A stretch of 64,000 nucleotides of DNA from Raillietiella orientalis (GCA_036172245.1 JAYWIR010000001.1:11966001-12030000), one strand, 5' to 3'. Counted from the stretch's first letter, positions 23,603 to 36,717 are shown. Program-made: numbers and translations. Notes: generated by a model from the sequence alone, not told the origin.

Positions 23603-25606
23603 CACGAATTTTCAGCAACGGACTGTGCTTGAAAACAAGGAGACGTCTGCAACACCGACTGCAGTGCAGTGCCTACGGCATCCCATCCTCCGTGGGATTA
23701 CGCAGTTACCCATTCCCGACTGTGAATAAGGGATCGAATCGGCATGGAAGTGCCCTCGTGCTTGGACTGCGGTCCAACACCCAAGGAGTGTGCTGATGCT
23801 TAAGGTGGAGCGAGCATGGCGTGTTGTTCCCTGGTTGGCAGGAGGGGAAGAAGCATAGGTGATGTTTGAGGAGGACCTGGGAAGGGGAAGGGAAATAAAG
23901 GGGAGGGACTTCCAGAACAGCGCATGGTTTCAGTCGCTTCGCTTCTCCCACCTTTTTTTGCATGTCTGTCTCCTTCTGAGACGTTGGACCGCGGGCAAAG
24001 CACGACGATTTCGGCGCGCTTCTGGGATCCCAGCCTCCTCCTGGTGGTGCAAACGGGCTAGACGGCAGTAGAGGAATCTCTGAGGCTACGCGGAACCATG
24101 AACGCGCTCGTCCGTGACTGCGCGGTGCGCCGCGCTGACGGCGTTCCGCCGTTACGGAGCGGCGCTCCGGAGAGGCGGCGATGCACGGGAGCGCTCGTCA
24201 ACAGAAATCTCCCTCTTCTCCCCCCTTCCTTCCTCGGAGAAGAAGCCACGCCCACTCAACGAGGAGACACTGGAATGCCCTCCGGGAGGTCGGGATGCAG
24301 AGGAGTTGTATCCTGGACATCCTTCCTGGCCAATACGGATCGATAGAGGACGAGAGGGAGACCTGTGGAAGCTTCCCGCATTCTCGAAAAGGGGTGAGGG
24401 AGCGCCCCCGGATCCTCAACGCCCTCCCTCGACCCCTTTCTCCTTCCCTGGCCGGAGGCAACGCACCCCACCGACCTTGCGCCCTTTCCCTTCGTTCACG
24501 GCCCGGTTCGTCTGCGCCTGCGCCGCCTCCTCTCCGGACGCGGCAGCGCCTCCCGGAGCGTCCTTCGGGTCCTGTCGGGAGGGAAAGTCGGCGGGATGGC
24601 TGTTCCTCGGAGACGGAGCAGAGCGGAAGGGATGCTGCCCATTGTGAACTTGCACTCGGCTTTGTTGAATATAGGTAGTCATTGCTAACGCACCAGCCGA
24701 GGGAAAGGGAGCGTTCTCGTGGAAACTAGTCGTTGCCATGTACGCAATCCGCAATCCCTTATGGCCACAACCTTGTCTAGTGTGTGTTTGCTGGACTCCG
24801 ATGTGAACGAGCCCATGCGAAATCGTTTGCGTAAATCTTACTATGCTTCACTGTAGCAGAGTGCCAGGTGACTGCCTTCGGTCTGAAAGCACGTTTTCCA
24901 TATCGCCCTTGAATGGGACGCTGTGAAATGTAATAGCGTAATAATTTTTCAGGAGCACTGAATCCAGCAGTGGTGACTGCTATCTAAGAACGAAGCGTTT
25001 CAAGTTCGCAAAGTTTGCTTCGAAGTAAGGCATTACGGAGAGAGCACTAGGGTGCAATCCGAAGATGTGTGCTGGTAGCATAACAAAAGTATTTAGTAGA
25101 AGATCTGGGATCCCAGGGGGTACAAGCTTTCAAGGGGTCAAGAACTGCTTTCTTCTGGTGAAATAAAATTCCTACGAGGAGCAGAAAACGAGAAGTGTGC
25201 TTGCGTGAAATCGAATGAATGCTTTTCCGGAGTCCGAAACTCCCGCCAAGAGAATGAAAGGATCACCAGGTGGAGAGGTGCGTTTCGATAACGCAAATGC
25301 TTTCCAGGGAAATCCGTGTAATCAGCTTGTTTTTGCAGCAGCCACAACCAGCGGAAAGACATTGGAATGCAGTCTTACATGCGCGCGCTCACGAGCACGC
25401 AGCAAAAGTTCAGGCGGTCTCACCATAAACATGGGAATCATCTGAACTCCCTCTTCATGTTCTCCAGGCTCGCGAGAACACGCTTCACGAAAGCAAACTG
25501 TCATCGTCAAGGCTATCAAGTGTAAAAATCGTTGCAGGCGAAGTGTATGACCAGAGTTGTGTCACAAAAGACAAAGATTCATATGCACCGGAAAAATTGA
25601 GTTTTC

Positions 25607-26956
25607 TCAATGTCGCGTCACCCGATTCATGCTAGAAAAGCGAGGCGGAGGAGCCAGAATTTTCGGGATACAGGGAATCACAAGAGCAGCCTCTTGAATT
25701 TGCTTCTGCAGTTGAGAATCCAAATTCCACCAATGAGCACAGCTCATGACATGATGAATGTTTTTAACTAGATGACCTTTTACAGCTTCTTTCAGGTTCC
25801 TTAGGAAAGCCAACGTCCTCTTTTTACATAATAAAATGTAATGATTCATTTTCAGTGAACGTACCGGATCATCATGTGAGGCATGGCACACCAAATGATC
25901 CAGTGCAGCATAAGACTGGCAAGACTGTCGTGGGGAAAGCTTCTTGCAAATAGAGGTTAAGGTCTGTTCCATAGAATATACGTGCCAATCTTGACACTCC
26001 AGCAATCTCCGGAAACTGATCCCACAAATCTGCTTTATAACCCAGTTCTTTTGTACCTCTGACTTTGCAGAGAATCTGCAAAATTTTCTCCCAGGAAATG
26101 ATCAACTTGCAAAGCAAGTTCATTTATTAGTGTATGCACTCTCTCAGCCCACTTGACACATGGGAGAGTAGTAGATATGCGTTCACAATTCAGTAGCACA
26201 ACCAGGACTGATTCTGAATTCTAACAAGAACTATTGATGCCCACCATAATGAAAGAAAGGAGCTTACGAGTCTTTCTCCTGCTACCTGTAGACAACTATT
26301 CTGCAATTCCTGCCTTAACTGAGCAAAATTCCTAGTTGGCCATACTTTGTCCATGTGGCGTACTGACCAGTGTAAACATGCAGCAGATAGATCTTCTATT
26401 TCATAGGAGCTCGCCAATTCCCAACATGACAATGCTCCCTTAATACAATGCTTGCAAGGCTGAAAGGAATGAATAGAGGAAGCAGAAATCACATGTTGCT
26501 ACTTCATGGAATTGATGACAGTATTGATTCTTGAGATGTTTTGCCAACACCTGGTTCAGAGTAGCCACTTTTAGGTAATCAAAAACCATGGCGCACTCTC
26601 TGATATTTACATCCGATGGTAAATTAGCAGCAGTATTATCATAAAGATGTTTCAAGATGAACTCGCACAAGGATGCTGAACAACTGCAAAAAAAAAAAAA
26701 AAAAAGGTGCAAATTGAATTCCATATCATGCTAGAACACAATACAGTGGCAAGAAAATTGGAATGAAAATTAATAACCTGGTAAGGGAAATAGTCTGAAT
26801 AGTTTGCTCAGATGGGCTGTCTTGTAGAAGAGCACCAAAGAAAGGTGATCTGGAACATAACACTTTACTGTGCGCTTTGAAGATCTTCCCTCCTGCTTCT
26901 ATATGAACATCTTCCAAAGTCTGATCATGATGCTGAAATTCCAAATCCAAATCCAT
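25607..26956 (-). CDS. BTB/POZ-domain protein, BTBD8-like (~360-375 aa as modelled)
   Basis: Exons 26956-26778, 26683-26503, 26459-26268, 26220-26057, 26015-25607 (probable extra 45-nt intron 25820-25864). BTB motif DVHIEAGGKIFKAHSKVLCSRSPFF. YCHQFHEPCKHCIKG...CLHW..RH..KVWPTRNFAQL resembles BTBD8-family proteins. Gene ends uncertain. Confidence 0.8.
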
Positions 26957-28479
26957 GGGAACTGTGCTTCACATGGGAAGATACTAGTGCTCTGATGGAA
27001 TGTCAATGAAAAATATAAATGCAATCACAAGATAAGCTGCAATATTTCTATGTACCAGCTTCTTTTGAGTGTGCATTTCAGTTTACCTAAACATGAATCT
27101 CAAACTACGGATGTGAATCATTGGCATTTTTTTTTTTTAAAAAAAAAAAACAGCTTCATTAACATAGTAGAAATGCCAACAATTTTTCAAGGCTGCTCCA
27201 TTTTGCGTTCCCCCTTGATTCGGAAAACTGATGCACCCAAAATAAAACTTCCCTTCTGTGAAGTTTACTCAAGAAACCAATGCAGCGAACGGATGTCCTG
27301 AATGCATCCTACTCTTCAGCGCTGAGAACCACACTTTTTCCATAAACCATCACACTTGGGAATGCATAACCTCCACGATTTACAGTACTCGTCTTTTCCA
27401 ACGATTTTAATCGTCGCTATTCAGGATCATCCCTACGCAGATCGATGAACTCGGCAGCAAACTGCTTTCGGTCCAGTTGAGGTCCTACAAGGGTATCTCC
27501 ACTGTACCTAAAACCTCACCGTGATCATGGGATTTTATCAGTTTGATTTTCAGCACTAACACATTACTGGGCTGTCTTACAAAATGAGTAACAAAAGGAA
27601 AGAATTAATAGTCGTCCCTAAAGGGAAATTAGATAGTACTTCCAGGATAGCATTGTACATGTGTATCTGCTTTTGATATCATAATATATCGACTAATCTC
27701 GGAATGTAACTCGAAACAGCATGTCTTGAATAATACGATATTGCTATGTGATTATTTTTTGATCTATAAAGTCCATTTCATTCTGCTTTCCCTTTTAAAG
27801 CCATGCAGTCCATTTAGAAAACTGTTCTTTCACTTTGGAAGTTCGTCTCTGAGGGGTACATGAACCCTTTATTTTTGTTTTTTCTTTGATCCCAATTGTT
27901 AGGCTCAGAAAAATGGGACTTGCTTGGACGAGTCAGAGCCTGGACCGGGGATGGGAACGATCGAAGAAAATCACCGCCATTGTATCTTCACTATGTGTGT
28001 GTGTCGCATCTGTGGGACTGCACTATTTTAAACTGGCAAATTTCGAGTTCCGCGTTAGGTAAAATGTGGATGCTTGTTTATTACTGGAAAGCTAAATAGA
28101 CAAACGGTTCTTCACCGGAACATGGTATCTTGTCTTGTTGCTTCCCAGCTTATGCCGCTCTTATCTTTGCCAATCCAACCAATCGAAAACCGAGCAGCCG
28201 AAGATTTTCTCATAAGAGTGTTTAAAAATGACGATACTCCTTAGAAAGTACGGAGTTTTACAGCAAACGTTCTGTTCTTTTTATTGTTCCCATCCTCTCT
28301 AGTAATACATACTTCGTGAACAGTGCCGTTGTTTAATCTCAGAAATCTTAGTCTGATTTTATTCTTGCAAGGCCTGATATCTGAAAAATGAAGACTTTCT
28401 TGGATTAGTCGGATCGTTCCACGAAAATTTAAGAAAGCATCCTTTTCGGTCCCTTTTGTTGATAAGAATATCCGCTCTC

Positions 28480-29533
28480 CTATTCAAATTGATGGTGAGC
28501 TTCTGAAAGGCCCCCTTCATCTAATTCGGCAACTGGGTTTTGGGATTGGTTTGAGTTTCCCCGCGATGAGTTAGCATTCAGACCGACATCCACTGAAATT
28601 TTGTCATTGCGAGGCGTAGACTCATGACCTTGCTCCGATGCTGGCTGCATATTCTGTTTGATGAAAACGTTGCTCATGTTTCCATTGAGAGGAATATTTG
28701 TTGGTTCAGTAGGAGTTCCTGGTGCAGGCGAGCTTTCTGACTTCTCCTTCAAGGGTGCCAGGTTCAAGCCATCTGGCTTCTCCGTGGGTATCCATACAGC
28801 CCAAAACTTGGTTGCGTTGCCAGAAATGGAATGTGAAGCATTGTGAGGTGCTTCCTGGAGAGCTCCCAAGTCTTCAAAGTCCACATTTCCGCCAGCAGGC
28901 GACGGATGTGAACCCTGGAAAGCATCTCCGGATTTGACTGGGTCCGCGCGGAGATCCTGAAATACAAGAACGTTTATTGGAATGCTTCGAATTCATGTCT
29001 TCCTGAAATACATGATTACTGTCGGAGTTGTTTTCCAGCAGAGGCTTCCACCATACGCCTGAGACCCCAATCAAGAGTAAAGGATGAATCGTATTCTCCA
29101 GAATCGTCGTTCCTGCGGTCTCAGTGCAGACAAAGTCAGAAAAGGAGCAAACTTGATTACTTGTTTCAAGCAGGCTGCTTCCGAGGAAGTCCGGTGCAAA
29201 ATGCGTTCCGTGGTAATCCTCGATCCTCTCTGCAAGCTCAATATGGTGTCCGATAATGTCGATCACCTCCCAGGTGAACGCTTTCACTTTATCGAGGTGA
29301 AGGAGAAGTCGTTTTTCGTACGACTTCAAATGTGCCACAATGTCACAGGACTTCTTATGAGCCTGTGGGTGGGGCACATTCTGGGTGAGAACGAATGGAT
29401 CCGTCACATTTTGTCAGTGGGACGTCCAGCAGAAGAGGGAAAGGCGCAGTTTCCGACAGCAAACTTCTCCCAGTCTTACTGTGCTGATGAACCGCTCCGT
29501 GGCAAGGATTACTGCACGGAAGAAGCTCTCGTG
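28480..29533 (-). CDS. Putative spliced gene, start not located; helical (possibly BAR-like) segment followed by an S/N/P-rich tail
   Basis: Candidate exons 29533-29480, 29362-29057 and 28956-28480 join in frame through GT-AG introns. Amphipathic helical stretch IVAHLKSYEKRLLLHLDKVKAF...LAERIEDYHG...ILENTIHPL. Confidence 0.45.
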
Positions 29534-29897
29534 CTGCGTTCAAGAACGGAAAGAACGGGAGCGAAGATGCCAAAGCGTCGGCAGATCGGAAAGCAGGAAA
29601 TGCGTGTGTCGAGAGTTCGAAGGGAGAAAGGAAAGACCACCCAGTCCCCGTTTGCCGGTCGAGCCAATGCCTAAGCTGCAGCAGGAAAAGCAAAAGAAAA
29701 AAACAAGTAGAGATCGTTTCGAGGAAAGGCTCATTGCTGGGTGTTCAGCTGATCATATGAGCGATTTCGCTGAAGATTCCCGTTGATCGCGCCTAAAGGT
29801 GAAGTAGCGACAAAGGACTGCGGTGATCATCGCTTCTTACGAACACCCGCCCCCATTTTCGACGAGCGTTTGACGAACGCACGGGTCAGTATACTGG

Positions 29898-30710
29898 ATG
29901 TACAAACCAGCAGCAGTTCCTTTTTCTCAGTCGGTGATGGAGGCACGTGAGCAGCAACTGCAAGGAACCAACATGGAGTTTCATTCACAAGGAGACGCAG
30001 CGGCCAGCGTCGAGGCAGATCCGTCATCCCCCCCTCCCCTCCCCCGTCCCTCCTCAAACAAAGGCGGTTTGGGAGCTGCGAAAACCCGCGTGTTCGCGCC
30101 TCGACCGGAATTTGGCGGAAGCGTGCACTTTCCGCGGTGTCCTGGTGATCATGCGCTGGAGCGGGGCGGAAAAGCAGCGAGCGATCAAGGAGGACCGCGT
30201 CGTCCGGCGCGCGCGAATCTTATTCCTGGCGGGAGTTGCGCGATCGGCGCAGCGACCCTATCCGTGCTTCTCATCTTCTTCGGAATTTTCTTGAAGCACG
30301 AGCTGCATCCCCAGGGCAACTCCTCGGAGGTAGCCAGGCGCGCTCTCGCCTCCCATCCCACGCGCGTTTCCCGGCGCTCGACAGCGAGTCGACGGAATGT
30401 GGCATTCCTGCGCCCAAGCCAAACCTCGAGCAGGTTGGAAGCGTCCGGGTGCTCAGCCCTAGGTCCTGGTTCGCGGCTTACCGAGGGTGACTGCCACGCA
30501 CGAGACCACAGCCGCGAGCGGCACCATTTCCGACGGTTCCTTGAGAACAATGCCGGAATTTTTCCTCGGAAGCCCACGGGGATTGTTGCGCGCTGTCGAA
30601 GAAAGAATTCCTTTGTTGGACGGCCACGCAATTCCTCCGAAGAGCGCCGAACCGGAACCGGAAGCCATTCGAATTTCGCGCCGCCCTCTCCGAGTTCGCG
30701 GCCCTCCTAA
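29898..30710 (+). CDS. Hypothetical ORF (270 aa) with one hydrophobic segment
   Basis: ATG start and a TM-like segment AIGAATLSVLLIFFGIFL. The GC-rich context makes a chance ORF possible. Confidence 0.3.
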   Translation: MYKPAAVPFSQSVMEAREQQLQGTNMEFHSQGDAAASVEADPSSPPPLPRPSSNKGGLGAAKTRVFAPRPEFGGSVHFPRCPGDHALERGGKAASDQGGPRRPARANLIPGGSCAIGAATLSVLLIFFGIFLKHELHPQGNSSEVARRALASHPTRVSRRSTASRRNVAFLRPSQTSSRLEASGCSALGPGSRLTEGDCHARDHSRERHHFRRFLENNAGIFPRKPTGIVARCRRKNSFVGRPRNSSEERRTGTGSHSNFAPPSPSSRPS

Positions 30711-31217
30711 GCGGGGGGCCGCTTTCCAGCCAGGAGGTGCGAAGATTCCGCCTGCAAGCAAAGTCGGAGCAGGGGGGGGGGAGAAACCTTCCCGGAAAAG
30801 TCTTTGGCAAACGCACTCCATTCTTAAGATGTTAGCACACCTGAGGTGTTTCCTTCACCCTTCCTTTCTCTTTCCCGTGTTTACAAGGGAGAATCGGATT
30901 GGATGCTTTTCCCATTCTCTGCTTCGCTAGGTACTTGCGATCAATCGGCCTCGGGGCTTCAGGAGGAGGCGCAGCGCGTCGGGATGCCGGAACGGGTTTG
31001 TTGACCACTCGAGGGGCGCGCATAGCATGCGCGAAATCGGAATGCCCCCTTGAGCACGCGGGGGGACGTTCGCTTCCGTCGGTTGCTAGGATCGCGGGGA
31101 TTGTTCGGAACATCCCAAAATCTCGAGCTTCTTGGGTTCGCTTCTCCTCCCCCCGCCTCAGTCCCAGGTGCCCACTTTCCGACTGCCTCTTGACTCCCTT
31201 CGTTTTTTGCTGACATC

Positions 31218-33071
31218 ATGAGAAGGCACATCCAGGTTTTCAAAGCTCCCAAGCAGGAGCAGGTGATCAGGCCTGTCCTGCGAATGCTCCAAAGGGGACC
31301 GGCGGATGGCAAGGCCGGTCCGAAGCAGGGCAGAGGGACCTGCGAGGAAGTCGCGTGCGGCGGTGGCAGGTCGCCAAGAAGCGTGGGCTCCGTCCGCACG
31401 AGAAGACACGGAAGGAAATGCTGCGCTCCCCCTTTCTTCCTGGGTTCGCGGACCACTTCTGCGTACTTGGAAGAGCTGGAAGCTCTCTCCTCCGCCCTTG
31501 ATCCTTCCGACTGCGCAGACCCTGCGGGGAAGCTGAAGATCTGCTACCGCAAGCGGAAGCCCGCAGCGAATATGAGCAGAGAAAGGTCGCCTGCATCCTC
31601 CCCGCGCCGACAGATGAGCTGCCCCCTTCCTTCGTCGCTCGACCACAAGCCGCCGACGCACACGGCCATCATCCAGATCCAAGGGAGGAGAGGTGCTTCT
31701 TGCAAGATGGCCGACCGACAGAGCGTCTCCATAGACCTCGACAGCCCCAGCAAATCCGCGAGCAGCGCAGAAAGCGTGGCGCTGAGCCGGAGGTCGGCGC
31801 GCCCGAGCTGCGCCGGCAGGAAATGCCCTACACTGCAAGAATGTCTCCAGAGCAAAGAAGAGAACCACAAAAGCGAGGGCAAGAAATGCAAGAAGGGGAG
31901 GCAGAGCTCGGGTCTGGACTTCCAAAGGTCTTCGAATCGAGTCGACCTTTGCGGACCCAGCGCCTCCGCCGCGCCAAGGTCCCCGCAAACCCTGGGGAGC
32001 CTTTTCTACTGTTGCGGCAGTGACCCGCCGCTGGGGACGGCGGAAAGAGAGGACGCCAAGGTCCCCAAGAGCTTGGGCAGCATTGCCGACATGTGCACAA
32101 CCCCGACCACCTCGGACGTGTCTTCCGAACGCCCTCTGGAGATCCGCATCAGCCGGGGAGCGAATCGCCCGCCTCAAGGAGGGCGAATGAGGCGCGAGAA
32201 GTCACTCTGCGAGAGTTGCTCCTTAGGCATTTCCGAAGGAGAGGTGGCTCCCCTTGCCGTTGCGGCGGACAGAGCCAGCAAGGCGCACAGAGGGACTCGG
32301 CGGGTCTACAAACGGCGACTCCTCTGCCCCCCTTACCGAGGACTCCTCCCCACCATAGAGGGCGAGGTGCTGCTCCTGTCGGCTGGAGGAGCCGTCGGTA
32401 AAGGGGACGGAGGTTGCTGCTGCTGCCTGGCGAAAGCTCCAGAGTGCCCCATGTGCGGCTACTCCCCGTGGGATCTGAGAGTGAAGCAACGCCCCTTCCG
32501 CTACCAGAATCGGAGCTGCAAGAAGAGATGCCTTCACTACCTCGGAGTCCCCGAAGAGCTGGCCATCTGCGTGCAGAAAGAGCGCCCCGGAACTGCGTCG
32601 CAGCTCTCCGAGTACGCTTACGAGGTCCCGGACTTCGGGATCCCCCCTGGCCGTACGGGGAAGAAGGTGGCGCACCGGAAAGGAGCGGGCAGCAGGAGCG
32701 CAGAGCCCGTCGACCAGAGCATCTGGCTGCTGCGCGAGGAGGAACAGCCTCTCTTCGTGCCACCCCGGCGCGCGCCCTTCAAGAGGACAGGATCAAACCG
32801 CGAGAGGAGCGTCACCCCTGGCTGCGCGCGCACGTCGCCCCACCAGATCCGTGGCGGCCACAGGGGCCGGAAGAAGAGCTCCAGGGTGCTGCCCCCCGTC
32901 ATCTACGAGGCGAACGAGCCGGACACGCCCACGGATTTCTCCTCCGACGAGGGCTCTTTGTACCTGAGCTCCCAGTACCTCGCCTCAGCACCGGCGAAGG
33001 CAGCAGGCTGCGCCAACCTGGGGACCCTGAGGCTCGTTGACGTCAGCAGCGGTAACTATGATTTTTTCTAG
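31218..33071 (+). CDS. Hypothetical intronless basic, Ser/Arg/Cys-rich protein (617 aa)
   Basis: Longest ORF in the window, ATG to TAG, G/C-biased third codon positions. A decayed paralogous copy lies just downstream. No known domain recognised. Confidence 0.6.
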   Translation: MRRHIQVFKAPKQEQVIRPVLRMLQRGPADGKAGPKQGRGTCEEVACGGGRSPRSVGSVRTRRHGRKCCAPPFFLGSRTTSAYLEELEALSSALDPSDCADPAGKLKICYRKRKPAANMSRERSPASSPRRQMSCPLPSSLDHKPPTHTAIIQIQGRRGASCKMADRQSVSIDLDSPSKSASSAESVALSRRSARPSCAGRKCPTLQECLQSKEENHKSEGKKCKKGRQSSGLDFQRSSNRVDLCGPSASAAPRSPQTLGSLFYCCGSDPPLGTAEREDAKVPKSLGSIADMCTTPTTSDVSSERPLEIRISRGANRPPQGGRMRREKSLCESCSLGISEGEVAPLAVAADRASKAHRGTRRVYKRRLLCPPYRGLLPTIEGEVLLLSAGGAVGKGDGGCCCCLAKAPECPMCGYSPWDLRVKQRPFRYQNRSCKKRCLHYLGVPEELAICVQKERPGTASQLSEYAYEVPDFGIPPGRTGKKVAHRKGAGSRSAEPVDQSIWLLREEEQPLFVPPRRAPFKRTGSNRERSVTPGCARTSPHQIRGGHRGRKKSSRVLPPVIYEANEPDTPTDFSSDEGSLYLSSQYLASAPAKAAGCANLGTLRLVDVSSGNYDFF

Positions 33072-33894
33072 CATCACGAGAGGAGATCGTAAGAAAGACC
33101 GTGAGTGCCCTTTGCGCGTGCGCGCTAGCCCACGACCCCCTTCCCCCTTCCCCCGGAGAACTCGTTCCCGCCTAAGACATCCAAAAGAAACGAAGGGTCT
33201 TCCCCCCCCTCCTTCCTCGGGCGTCGGCTGCCATCAAGGAAGAGTTGCCAAAGGCAGGGATGGACCTCCAAGAGGATACGGCGCTCTTGTTTCCCGACAT
33301 GGGGTATTTGGGTAGGAGGGAGGGGAGGGATAGCGGTGGGAAACCCGGCATGCACAGCTGCCGCCTTCGCTTCCCGTTTCCCGCTCGAAAGAGACTTTCC
33401 GACGGTCCACTCGCTGTTCCCGGCTTAGGCTGCTCCGCTCTTCCCGCGACCCAGAGCGAAATGAGAGCGTTTTAGGTTGCGCAATGACGTCATCCCCTTC
33501 GCCCTCCCGTTCCCAGAAGCGTGGTCCGTCTCCCTTTCGTCATTTCAACCTTCGCGCTACCAGCACGTGATTCATCCTCCCCCCCCGGATCCCTCGGTCG
33601 GGTCTCTCCGGGCTGGGCTGGCTCCAGGCTGTGGCGACTACTCCCGCGACTTGTCCACTACGCTTCTTCTGTGCGAGGAGGGGACGCAGAGGTGGTGCTC
33701 TGGTGACTCGGATGACAATGACTCCTCGTAAAGAGCGCGGCACTCGGGAGGGAGAGAGGCCGCCACCTGTTTTACCGATGCGCTCCTTCCCTTGACACTC
33801 CAGCAAACGCACTCAAACCTCCCTTCCCTTGCCTCCGCTTCGCCTGACAAGCGCGGAGCGGGTTCCCGGGGTCCCTTGGCGCCTCCACAGCTGG

Positions 33895-34130
33895 GCATCC
33901 CAACCGGAGCCGAAGCTGCAAGAAGAGGCGTCTCCACTACCTCGGAGGCGCCGAAGAGCTGACCATACACGTGCAAGCAGAGCGCCCGGGAACCGCGTCG
34001 TAGCTCTCCAAGCGCTCTCATTAAGCCCCAGGCTTGGGGATCTCCCAGTCGCTGCACGGGACAGAAGGCCGCATCCCGGAAAGGAGCAGGCCGCAGGAGA
34101 GCGCAGGGCCAGTCGGCCGTGGGGGAGGGG
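33895..34130 (+). pseudogene. Decayed partial duplicate of the 617-aa ORF (matches ~32500-32720)
   Basis: AGCTGCAAGAAGAGGCGTCTCCACTACCTCGGAGGCGCCGAAGAGCTGACCAT...GAGCGCCCGGGAACCGCGTCG aligns with AGCTGCAAGAAGAGATGCCTTCACTACCTCGGAGTCCCCGAAGAGCTGGCCAT... The copy has in-frame stops. Confidence 0.8.
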
Positions 34131-36717
34131 ACATGTCTGGCCGCCACCCACCGAAAGCGAGTGCCCATCCTTTACTCCCGGAAAAATCTGCCCGCGCGGC
34201 TGCTTGAGTTCCTGCCGGCGGCGACGACGCGGCTCGCCTGGTCACCAGCAAGCGAAGCGGTTCGTGGCGGCCGTCGTTCCAGTCGACTGCGCTCCTTGCC
34301 AAACGGAAGGAACGGGAGCGCGCGGGGGAACTCGACGGGCACGCCCCTTCCGGAGAGAGGAAAGACCGGCCGTTCCGTGTGGCAGGGTGACGGAAAAGAG
34401 CCGCTCTCGGTCGCGAGGTGCTCCCGCTCCGGGCCGAGCGGTGCAACCAGCGACGCGGAACAAGATGCTCCGTCACACTCCCAGCCCTCCACAGAGGACG
34501 CGCGCGATGCAGCCGCCTCTGCTCGATGCCACCACCAGAGGAGGTGCTGCTGCTTTCCGTCGCACGGTTGCACCTCAGGACGCACGCAAGCGGTGGACGG
34601 CTGCGAGGAATCGCTCGCTGCTCGCGGCTCTCCTTCCGATGGGTTCCCATTGCTGCGTATCGGGCGAATGCGCGGCTATATGCGGTTACACTTGAAAAAC
34701 AAGTGATGACGTAACGGAGCCAAGTTTGCAATGATGCGTCCAAGGGCTTGCGGGGCCGTGTGGTGGTACGAGCGTTGTGCCTTCTGGAAGGGACTGACGG
34801 CAAGGAGGCCTTTGCCCGTTCCTGTGGAATCACTGGAAGGGTGGGTTGCGAAGCCAGCCGAAGAGCATGCCAGGTCCCGCTCGCTGTAATGTCGAATGAG
34901 CATTTTGAGGATCCACGTTTCCGGTGAGCAATGTCACTCTGGAGAGAGGAGTGTCAAAAGGAAAACCCGCTCGCAGGAAGATGCAGGATTAGAGCAGGGA
35001 GTCTATTGGTAACACTATCTCCTGCATTTGAGCCGCCAGAGACGGACGCAAGTGAGACCACTATTGGAGCATGCGCACACTCCATCCATCCATTCCTATC
35101 AGGTATTGCCTCGTGAAGGCAATACCTGATAGGGATGGACGGGGGTGTTTCTCGCACATTTAGAAGAGGGGAGCGGTGCCTGAAGTGTTCTTTCATATTA
35201 GATGGGTAGTCCGTAGAAAACGAACGGGACGTGTGCGTCTCCTGAACGCGCCACATGCAAAGTCGCATTTGTCAGATCGCCTGGTCCTGAGCCTGGGAGA
35301 CCCCTTATCAAAACAGTTGAGCCCTAAGAGCCCATGCGTGCTGGGAAAAACTTCGACAGGGGAACACACATTGGAAATCCCGGTGCGTCACCTCCTCTGA
35401 ACCTACTAAGAGTGAAAGGGAAAAGAGGCGAGCTTTGGAGGAAGTAGAACGCCCGTCTTAACGGAGATGACATGGTTTCATCCCGGCTCGTGCCACGGAG
35501 ATTCAGCTGCAGATTTTCAGAGTGAGCTTCGGAAAGTAGGGGGGAGGGGGAGGGAGCAAGTTTCTAGCTCCGAAAAGACGCCTTTCGATCGGCAAGACAT
35601 TTAGGGTTGGGTAGTTGGTGTCTTCGAGGGTGCCTCAGAATTGACTCTTCCCTCACTTGGAAATTCATTCGTCAACAGTTTGTCAATCTGTCAGGACGCC
35701 ATTCTGGTTGCGTTCCATCATGTAAGTAGTGACGCATTAGGGCTATACCGCGAGGGCTTAAATAGTTCGAGGAGATTTCATGAATACACAAGGTCTTTAT
35801 TGGTTTGCTGTCCATAAGGTTTGATAGGAGTGTTCGGTGCTTCTTTATTAGAAATTTGCATAAAAGTTGCTCACAAAGGATGAATCTCACAAAGGATATG
35901 CTTAGTTTCCAGGAAAAGAATCAGTAGTAAGATTGAAAAGAATGGAGCAAGCTGCCGTGAAGATCACATGGTTCAGACCAAATCTGTAGTGAAGGTCAGA
36001 GAAAGCATTAAAGGTTGTCCCATAACAGGTCAGTGAGGCAACAGCTGATTAAAAATCTCCATTCATTCCTCCCGTCAACGCGAATTTTTCATATTTTTAT
36101 CTCAAGCATTTGAACCGAAGGGTTAACATTGACTGTTTGTCTATGCTAAGCGTGTCTGTTTCCAGAAAAAATATGCAAGGATTTGAAAAATGGAGTTAGA
36201 GTTATAACATCCACGATGGTAAACATTTTTTCTGTCTGTCCTCCCAAGTTCGATGCTCTTTTACCCTTCTTATACCGGAAAGCATGCAACTGAGACCCCT
36301 GTTCCGAAGACAGTGGTAAGTTTTTTCATTCCTATATCCCCCTCAGCTGCAGAAATCAGGTCTGGTTCTATGAGAAACAGGCCTGCTAATTTTCAGCGAA
36401 CCTGTTCGTGTGCAAAGTTCTTACCTTTCAACTACTTCCTGGAAATTTCGCCTTTAATTGGACGCTCACAGTTCTCAGAAGTAAGGAAACTTTTATCGCT
36501 GACTTCCTCCGGCCCAACGTCCCTTACACCTTTATGGTACCTACGTAGGAACACACACCGTTTCATGTACTATGAAAAAAAAAAAGAAAAAAAAGCAGAA
36601 TGCAAAATCAGACTCTCCAGTTTTGATTTCTTACGCTTGCACTCGCGCTATGGGGCAGCAAACCATTTTCATGACTGTTTACGCTAGGGAAGACCGCCAG
36701 CGCTGACACTGTAAATC

